Below are positions 26,152 through 31,881 of a stretch of 31,881 nt of DNA, piece after piece. Where the stretch lies: positions 1 through 31,881 of the forward strand of contig DAOVET010000024.1 of NCBI GenBank assembly GCA_030668825.1. The letters are read 5' to 3'. The notes below the pieces were generated by a model, which was not told the origin of the DNA, did not search any database, and saw only the letters and a list, made by a program, of their open reading frames with translations. The position numbers and the translations under genes were made by a program. Numbering within the stretch: the first letter of the stretch is position 1; every line of letters starts with the position of its first letter. The stretch comes from Candidatus Heimdallarchaeota archaeon (GTDB lineage Archaea; Asgardarchaeota; Heimdallarchaeia; Heimdallarchaeales; Heimdallarchaeaceae).

Positions 26152-27411
26152 ATGATGGTCAAAGTCTTACGAACAGAATTAATAGAAGTCAAAACAAATA
26201 AAGAGTTAAGTAGGCTTTGCCATCAGACTAAGAACCTCTATAATCGAGCAAATTTCCTGATAAAAGAACAGAGGAAAACTAGGGGAAGGATTCCTTCCTA
26301 CTTTGACCTTGATCGAGCAATAAAAGGAGAAGAATGTTACAAAATCTTACCTGCTCATACTGCTCAACATACCCTCAAACTCCTTACTCGCAACTGGAAA
26401 GCCTATTTCCAAGCGATGAAAGGGTGGAAAAGACATCCTAAGAAGTTTTTGAGCAAACCTCGTTCTCCACACTTTAAACGACCTAAAGCTGAAACTGTAG
26501 CTATCATCAGCAATCAACAAGCGAAGATAGTTAATGGGTGGTTACGATTACCAAAGAAAGTGAATTTCACTTTCAAGACAAGATTAACAGCACACAATGA
26601 CTTACGGGAAGTGCGAATCGTTCCTCGAGGAGTGGGATACACTATTGAAATTGTTCACTTCAAGTTTCTTCCCAAACCAAAGAAGAAGTTACCACCTAGA
26701 AAAGGCGCCATCGATTTGGGGTTGACCAACCTCGTCACTTTCGTGGATAACATCGGTTCACAACCGATTGTCATCAAGGACGAGGGAAAGGGAATAAAGT
26801 CAGTAACACAGTATTATCTTAAAGAAGTAAAACGAATTCAGCAACAATATGCAAAACAGCAAAGAGCGCACTTAAAGCACAAAAATAAGTTAATTTATGG
26901 TACAAAGTTTCTTCATCTCCGTCGACAATGGAGATGGAAAACTAAAGATTGGGTACATAAAGTCAGTAGATTCCTAGTTGAATTGTGGGACGATAGAGGA
27001 CTCCACACTATTTACATAGGCTATAATCCTCTGTGGAAACAACAACTGAGATTAAGGAAGAAAACTACACAGTTGTTTGTAATCGTTCCTTTCGACAAAC
27101 TCCTTACAGCTCTTAAGTATAAAGCCGAGGAGAAAGATATACAAGTTGAGTTAGTCGAAGAAAGCTATACATCTAAATGTAGTTTCCTCGATAATGAGTT
27201 GCCAACAAAACATTCTTTTTACTTGGGAAAACGGGTGAAACGAGGGCTGTTCCGCTCTGCTACAGGTGTGCTGATCAATGCTGATGTCAATGCTGCATTC
27301 AATATTTTACTCAAAGGCGATCCGCAAGCACTTCCCCCAAGGAGTGTGGGCGGGGTAGGAGGGTACGTGGTTTACCCACTTAGAGTGAGCTTACAAGAAA
27401 TGATACTCTAA
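26152..27411 (+). CDS. tnpB: RNA-guided endonuclease TnpB
   Basis: KNLYN, AQHTL..L..NWKAYF, EVRIVP, RuvC-I AIDLGLTNL, HKVSR, IGYN..WKQ, LKYKAE, EESYTSKCS, RuvC-III INADVNAAFNI. Confidence 0.93.
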   Translation: MMVKVLRTELIEVKTNKELSRLCHQTKNLYNRANFLIKEQRKTRGRIPSYFDLDRAIKGEECYKILPAHTAQHTLKLLTRNWKAYFQAMKGWKRHPKKFLSKPRSPHFKRPKAETVAIISNQQAKIVNGWLRLPKKVNFTFKTRLTAHNDLREVRIVPRGVGYTIEIVHFKFLPKPKKKLPPRKGAIDLGLTNLVTFVDNIGSQPIVIKDEGKGIKSVTQYYLKEVKRIQQQYAKQQRAHLKHKNKLIYGTKFLHLRRQWRWKTKDWVHKVSRFLVELWDDRGLHTIYIGYNPLWKQQLRLRKKTTQLFVIVPFDKLLTALKYKAEEKDIQVELVEESYTSKCSFLDNELPTKHSFYLGKRVKRGLFRSATGVLINADVNAAFNILLKGDPQALPPRSVGGVGGYVVYPLRVSLQEMIL

Positions 27412-27460
27412 GAAAGAAAATGTTAATATGCTAATATGACAAAATCAAATCATGAACTGA
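27315..27460 (+). ncRNA. Putative omega/reRNA scaffold overlapping the tnpB 3' end
   Basis: GC-rich stems CACTTCC/GGAGTG, GGGTA/TACCC (27361-27377) and CTTAGAGT/ACTCTAAG (27379-27412) at the position expected for TnpB guide RNAs. Boundaries are a guess. Confidence 0.45.
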
Positions 27461-27522
27461 AAAAAAGCATTTCTTGTATAGATAAATCTGGATATTCTAT
27501 CAGTAAAAGAGAAAGTGAAACC

Positions 27523-28647
27523 ATGTCAAAGAAAGAAGAACCACCTAAAACAACAAAAACAAAAAAGACTCCTCAAAAAAAACCTCCAGTTAGCAAGACT
27601 CCAGAAAAAAAGGTAAAAAAAGAGCCTGAGGATTGGATTGAGGAAATACTCCCTAAACAAAGACCCAAAGTAGCTCAGAAGGAAGATAAAGACCTCAGTG
27701 ATGTTGCTGTAAATCGAATACCTGGTATTGGTCCAGCCGTTGCTGATAAACTAATGTCCGCGGGTTATATTACATTAGCAGCTGTTGCTCACGCATCACC
27801 AATAGAACTTGTTGAACATTGCGAGATTGGGGAACAAACTGCCAAGAGATTAATTACTGCAGCTAGAAGTCAAGTAGGAATAGGTTTCAGAAATGCAAAA
27901 GAATTGCTCAAAGTAAGAAAAGAATTAGTAAAAATATCTACTGGAAGCAAAGCTCTAGATAGTCTATTAGCAGGCGGAATTGAAACAAGTTCTTTGACAG
28001 AAATCTCTGGTGAATTTAGAACAGGAAAAACACAAATTTGTTTTCAACTATGCGTCATGACAGCAATGGATAAAAAATTGGGTGGACTTGAATCGGGTGT
28101 TATTTATGTTGACACTGAGGGAACTTTCAGACCTGAGAGAATAATGCAAATCTGTGAACGTTTTGACGCTCCAGCTGAAGAAGTGCTAAGCCGCATTCAT
28201 GTTGGAAGAGCATACAACTCTGATCATCAAATGGTTTTGGTTCTTGAAAGCCCGAAACTTATTAGAGAAAAAAATGTAAAACTGTTGATTATAGATTCCT
28301 TAACCAGCCATTTCAGAGCAGAATACGCGGGGAGAGGTTCTCTACTTGAGAGACAACAAAAACTCAACAAATACTTACATCAACTCCTCAGATTAGCTGA
28401 AGTATATGATGTAGCAGTTGTAGCTACTAATCAAGTATTATCAAAACCAGATGTTCTTTACGGGGAAACTACCTTTCCAATAGGAGGACATATTGTAGCT
28501 CATTCATGTACTACTCGAATTTTCTTAAGAAAAGGAAAAGGTGACAAAAGGATTGCTCGAGTAATTGATAGTCCTCATATCCCAGAGATCGAAACAGTTT
28601 TCAGCATCTCAGCTGAGGGTATAATTGACCCTGAAGATTCCACTTAA
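27523..28647 (+). CDS. radA: DNA repair and recombination protein RadA with N-terminal K/P/E-rich extension
   Basis: HhH IPGIGPAVADKL, FRNA polymerisation motif, Walker A GEFRTGKTQ, YVDTEGTFRPERI, Walker B LLIIDS, GGHIVAH, RIARVIDSP. Likely ATG 27523, as the ATG at 27436 lies in the element end. Confidence 0.93.
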   Translation: MSKKEEPPKTTKTKKTPQKKPPVSKTPEKKVKKEPEDWIEEILPKQRPKVAQKEDKDLSDVAVNRIPGIGPAVADKLMSAGYITLAAVAHASPIELVEHCEIGEQTAKRLITAARSQVGIGFRNAKELLKVRKELVKISTGSKALDSLLAGGIETSSLTEISGEFRTGKTQICFQLCVMTAMDKKLGGLESGVIYVDTEGTFRPERIMQICERFDAPAEEVLSRIHVGRAYNSDHQMVLVLESPKLIREKNVKLLIIDSLTSHFRAEYAGRGSLLERQQKLNKYLHQLLRLAEVYDVAVVATNQVLSKPDVLYGETTFPIGGHIVAHSCTTRIFLRKGKGDKRIARVIDSPHIPEIETVFSISAEGIIDPEDST

Positions 28648-28716
28648 CACATTCAGAATCTTTTAATAACATGAAATCAAATCTGTTTGTTAGAAAGAAC
28701 ATAATTTCTATACTTA

Positions 28717-29514
28717 TTGGTGAGTAATTTGGCAGAAGAAAATGAAAGTATTTCAGTCAGTGATGCGATAAAAATCACAGAGCTAGAAAATAAAATACAA
28801 AACTTGCAAACCAAAATTGAAGAGTTAGAAACTGGCAATAGTGAACTCTCGGAGAAGAGCAACGCCTTACAACAAGAATTAGATAATCTTAAGGAAAAGG
28901 CAGCTGAACTAGCTGACATTGAATCAATAAAATCTAATCTAGAGGATGAATTGAATACTCTGAAGGAAGAAAATACTCAAATCAAACAAGAAAAAGAGAA
29001 TTTGACAAATGAGGTTCAAGAACTAAAAAATGATTTCATGAAGAATGAAACTGATTTAGCTAATGCTCAAAGAGAATTGAATGAAAAATCAGAAGATTAT
29101 CAAGATAAGCAACATACTATCGACAAACTGAGAGAAAGCGTTTCAGAGATGGAAAGCGCTAAATCAGAAATTGAAGCTCAGTTTGAAGAAGTAAAAGATG
29201 AGAAGGCAACAATTGAGAATAAATACAACGAATTATTATCAGATTCTTCAAGATTGGAACAAATTAAAACTGAACTAAGGGATAAAGAAGAAGCCCTGAG
29301 AAGATTTCGAATCATAGCAGAAAAAGATCCATCTTATAGCTGGTTATCAACTCTAGAGAAATTTAAAGTTATTGAACTAAAACGACTAGCTATGTCAACA
29401 GGATCTTCAACACATGCAATCTTAAGATATGTACAGATGTTAGAGTCTGCAGGACTTGTAGAAATAGAAATGCATGGAAAGGATGACCCCAATCCAACAA
29501 TTAAACTAAAGTAA
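28717..29514 (+). CDS. Long coiled-coil protein with C-terminal winged helix
   Basis: About 180 aa of E/K/N heptads, then DPSY..L..L......LKRLAMSTG.S...ILRYVQMLESAGLVEI. Start codon uncertain. Confidence 0.75.
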   Translation: MVSNLAEENESISVSDAIKITELENKIQNLQTKIEELETGNSELSEKSNALQQELDNLKEKAAELADIESIKSNLEDELNTLKEENTQIKQEKENLTNEVQELKNDFMKNETDLANAQRELNEKSEDYQDKQHTIDKLRESVSEMESAKSEIEAQFEEVKDEKATIENKYNELLSDSSRLEQIKTELRDKEEALRRFRIIAEKDPSYSWLSTLEKFKVIELKRLAMSTGSSTHAILRYVQMLESAGLVEIEMHGKDDPNPTIKLK

Positions 29515-29557
29515 ACCTTTACATAACTCCCTTTTTTTCTTATTTTTAGTGATAATA

Positions 29558-29725
29558 ATGAAAAGTAGTGTTATTCTAGAAATCAATGATGAAAAGGTTC
29601 CCTTAAATCAATACTTAACAAAAATATTTACAAAAATTAATATTGCACTTGCTGAGACTCTAAAGGGGATGGAAGTTGAGCCAATAAAATCCTTGAAGAT
29701 TAAGATAAATCTAGTAGATGAATAA
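29558..29725 (+). CDS. 55-aa protein resembling the stand-alone C-terminal domain of archaeal MobB (not in ORF track)
   Basis: Translated by hand: MKSSVILEINDEKVPLNQYLTKIFTKINIALAETLKGMEVEPIKSLKIKINLVDE; pattern L.IN...VPLN.Y....F......L..TLKG. Confidence 0.7.
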   Translation: MKSSVILEINDEKVPLNQYLTKIFTKINIALAETLKGMEVEPIKSLKIKINLVDE

Positions 29726-29771
29726 ATAATTCATAGTAAGTTTTAAATCCAACTTTCTTCTTTCTATTGAT

Positions 29772-30710
29772 ATGGCTTCGAGTCAATTTACAAAGAAAGA
29801 AATCATTCTTTCATATATTACAATTCTAAGATTAGTTAATGGGGTAGTTGCAGGAGTAGCTGCTGCTTTTGGTGTTGTATTGTCCTATCAGAGTGGGATT
29901 ATTATAGACCCATTACCTATTGTACTAGTTGTTATTGCTGCTATGTTAGTATCATCACAAGCAATGATTTTCAATGACATAGCAGATAGAGAGGAAGATG
30001 CAGTAAATGCCCCTCATAGACCTTTACCTTCAGGAAAAATTTCTGTAAGAACAGCATGGATATATGGAATTATGGTTGCAAGTTTAGCTCTTGCAGTTGC
30101 TTTAACTCTTGATATTCTCTATAATCTCTACGGATTAAGTGTTGCTACAGCGATCATTTTTGGAGGATTACTTGATTTATATGATTTCAAACTAAAAAAA
30201 ATGGGTTTCTGGGGAAATGTTACAATCGGAATTACTGTATTAGCTCTTTTCGTGTATGGATCAGTGCATACTTTTCTAATTTATGGGACAACTTTTGCTT
30301 GGATCCCCGTTGTTGTAGGAGCATGTGCAGCTTCAGGAAATGTTGGTAGAGAGATTATCAAAGGTCTACCTGATATCGAAGGAGATAGGGAAGCGGGAGT
30401 AAGAACTTTAGCGGTTAAATATGGAAAACAGAAAACTGCAAAAATAGCATTTCTTTTTCTCTTGGGTTTGATAGGAGGAGGTTTAGTTGCTCTAATCTAC
30501 GGAGGAGTAGTTCTTAATCAATTATATTTACCTAGTATTATTATAGGCTGCATTGTTGCAGCTGTAACTATTTTTCTAGCAATCGCAATATTGTTTAATC
30601 AAAAACCTAAATGGGCATATACTACCAAAGAAATTTTGCTTTTGGTATTTTTAGCTTTTCTACTAGTTTTTATTGTAGATAAGATTGTAGCTATAATTCT
30701 AATGGGGTAG
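29772..30710 (+). CDS. UbiA-family prenyltransferase, probably digeranylgeranylglyceryl phosphate synthase
   Basis: NDIADREEDAVNAPHRPLPSG, YDFKLKK..GN, REIIKGLPDIEGDREAGVRTLAV; multiple TM helices. Confidence 0.88.
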   Translation: MASSQFTKKEIILSYITILRLVNGVVAGVAAAFGVVLSYQSGIIIDPLPIVLVVIAAMLVSSQAMIFNDIADREEDAVNAPHRPLPSGKISVRTAWIYGIMVASLALAVALTLDILYNLYGLSVATAIIFGGLLDLYDFKLKKMGFWGNVTIGITVLALFVYGSVHTFLIYGTTFAWIPVVVGACAASGNVGREIIKGLPDIEGDREAGVRTLAVKYGKQKTAKIAFLFLLGLIGGGLVALIYGGVVLNQLYLPSIIIGCIVAAVTIFLAIAILFNQKPKWAYTTKEILLLVFLAFLLVFIVDKIVAIILMG

Positions 30711-30712
30711 AA

Positions 30713-30982
30713 CTACTCCCTTAATCTTTTAATTTCGTAAACGAGAGGGTTCCAAGGATCAGGACAGGCATGGGTTGAAACATCATCATCGTCTAACCAA
30801 GGAAATTTTGCTCCATATGCCATAGCATATACTTTTGGTAAAACTGAATACAACGCATGGAGACATATTTTTCCCTTAATCTCATTTTTATCAAAACTAA
30901 TGAGAATTTCATCTCCTACTTTCTGTCCAGCAGCACAAGTTCCTTCCTGCTTGATTACTTTTAATTTAATATCGTGTGCCAT
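30713..30982 (-). CDS. TIGR04076-like small Cys-containing protein
   Basis: GTCAAGQKVGD, ICLHAL, ACPDP...VYEI. Confidence 0.8.
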   Translation of the reverse strand: MAHDIKLKVIKQEGTCAAGQKVGDEILISFDKNEIKGKICLHALYSVLPKVYAMAYGAKFPWLDDDDVSTHACPDPWNPLVYEIKRLRE

Positions 30983-31032
30983 ATTTTCTTCAAATATTTA
31001 AGGTTTAAATATCTATTCCTCAATTGTAGTAT

Positions 31033-31881
31033 ATGGATGAAATAATTCAAAGTGATATACTAATAGAAGGAGAAGGGTTAACAGCAGCTATTTTATCCTA
31101 TTACCTTTCAACAATGAAACATGATAAATCCATAAATCTAGTTTTGCATAAAAGGGAAAATATTGGTTCCCCCATTTACACTTCTGGAAGTATTTCCCCC
31201 ATATTTAAGCTTCCAAGTCTATTAATGGAAAAAGTATTCAATAGAACCAAGGAAATAATTGTAGATCTTCACTCAACAGCATCCTACTTTGAACTTTATC
31301 AGAATCCATATCTTGTTCTATACAGAGATAAAGACTCTTTTGAACAGATGATCGAACATAGAAAAAAGCTGTCAGACACAAACATAAGACATGCTAATCT
31401 ATCGCTTGAAGAAATAGAAAATTATTATCCCTTCATAAATACAACTGAAGAAATTTACCTCACAGAAATCTATAATTCTTACACTTGTTCAAATCCATAT
31501 GAGCTGTTTACTACTTTTCTTAAGTTAGCAGTTGAAAATGATGTTAAAGTAATTAATGATAACTCTGAAATCATAATAAACAAAAAAGGAGAAATGGTTA
31601 CTGAAAACACACAGTATATTGCTAGAGATAATGCAGTTACAACTTCTATAAATCAATGTCCTGAATCCTTTTCACAAAGTAGAAGAATTCTAAAAGTAGT
31701 TACTCCAATTTTCGAAAAATTTCCAAGGGTTAGTATCTACGACATGTCAACCTCATCTTTGATGTGGTTGGAAGAAGCGGGTTATTTTCATATCTTACAT
31801 TCTTTAGGGAGAGAAGATGAGAAAAAGAGCATAAGCAAGGTAAAAAGTGATTTTGGTAAAGTATTTTCTTTAACAGATTCT
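31033..31881 (+). CDS. FAD-dependent oxidoreductase-like protein (DAO/sarcosine oxidase beta fold), degenerate, 3'-truncated (not in ORF track)
   Basis: Open frame of 283 codons running off the window: MDEIIQSDILIEGEGLTAAILSYYLS..., LSLEEIENYYPFIN, NPYELFTTFSKLAVENDV. Confidence 0.65.
   Translation, partial: MDEIIQSDILIEGEGLTAAILSYYLSTMKHDKSINLVLHKRENIGSPIYTSGSISPIFKLPSLLMEKVFNRTKEIIVDLHSTASYFELYQNPYLVLYRDKDSFEQMIEHRKKLSDTNIRHANLSLEEIENYYPFINTTEEIYLTEIYNSYTCSNPYELFTTFLKLAVENDVKVINDNSEIIINKKGEMVTENTQYIARDNAVTTSINQCPESFSQSRRILKVVTPIFEKFPRVSIYDMSTSSLMWLEEAGYFHILHSLGREDEKKSISKVKSDFGKVFSLTDS

Larger units (their letters stand above)
26077..27458 (+). mobile_element. Non-autonomous TnpB-only element (IS200/IS605- or IS607-related), approximate ends
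   Basis: Solo tnpB between dut and radA with no transposase; imperfect 23-bp inverted repeats at 26077-26099 and 27436-27458. Confidence 0.6.

Noticed and set aside
26152-27520. Cas12f/CRISPR system
   Set aside because: No repeat-spacer array or cas genes near the RuvC protein or elsewhere in the window.
27436-27522. Longer RadA N-terminus from ATG 27436
   Set aside because: That ATG lies in the putative element end; ATG 27523 has a GTGA RBS-like site and begins a coherent low-complexity tail.
326-28919. Other short nested or antisense ORFs (326, 8541, 10108, 13729, 14073, 14490, 15197, 16944, 19753, 21247, 23034, 23414, 24444, 24710, 28677)
   Set aside because: They overlap well-supported genes and show no recognisable motifs.
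28717-29514. SMC or ESCRT/Cdv assignment for the coiled-coil protein
   Set aside because: No Walker motifs or hinge, and no Snf7-type basic/acidic layout; coiled-coil similarity alone is uninformative.
1-31881. Stop-codon recoding or programmed frameshifts
   Set aside because: Recognised proteins appear full length at their stops, and no split gene pairs were seen.

Overview
Low-GC archaeal chromosomal window, most likely from an Asgard archaeon (Heimdallarchaeia-like). That assignment is an inference from a Rab-like GTPase, a gelsolin-domain protein and a RING protein sitting beside archaeal core genes (RadA, archaeal GluRS, DGGGP synthase-like UbiA, archaeal Hsp20 and dUTPase). In order it holds: a 5'-truncated PmbA/TldE, a large sorted surface protein with GY-rich repeats, a Zn-ribbon protein, an aminotransferase, DUF354, and a class II ribonucleotide reductase with a 459-aa HNH/NUMOD3 intein at the catalytic Cys. 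Next is a type IV pilus-like locus (five pilin-like genes, an ATPase, two TadB/C-type membrane proteins and a coiled-coil protein) split into two convergent halves around hsp20, directly followed by a gelsolin-domain gene and a Rab-like gene with overlapping stops. The rest is a DPM1-like GT2, a TrpF-fold protein lacking both catalytic residues, a divergent GluRS coupled to a membrane-anchored helical-repeat RING protein, dUTPase, a solo TnpB with a rearranged RuvC site and imperfect flanking inverted repeats, RadA, a coiled-coil/wHTH protein, an uncalled 55-aa ORF, UbiA, a TIGR04076-like protein and a 3'-truncated degenerate FAD oxidoreductase. No rRNA, tRNA or CRISPR array was seen. Family names come from motif recognition, not database searches.
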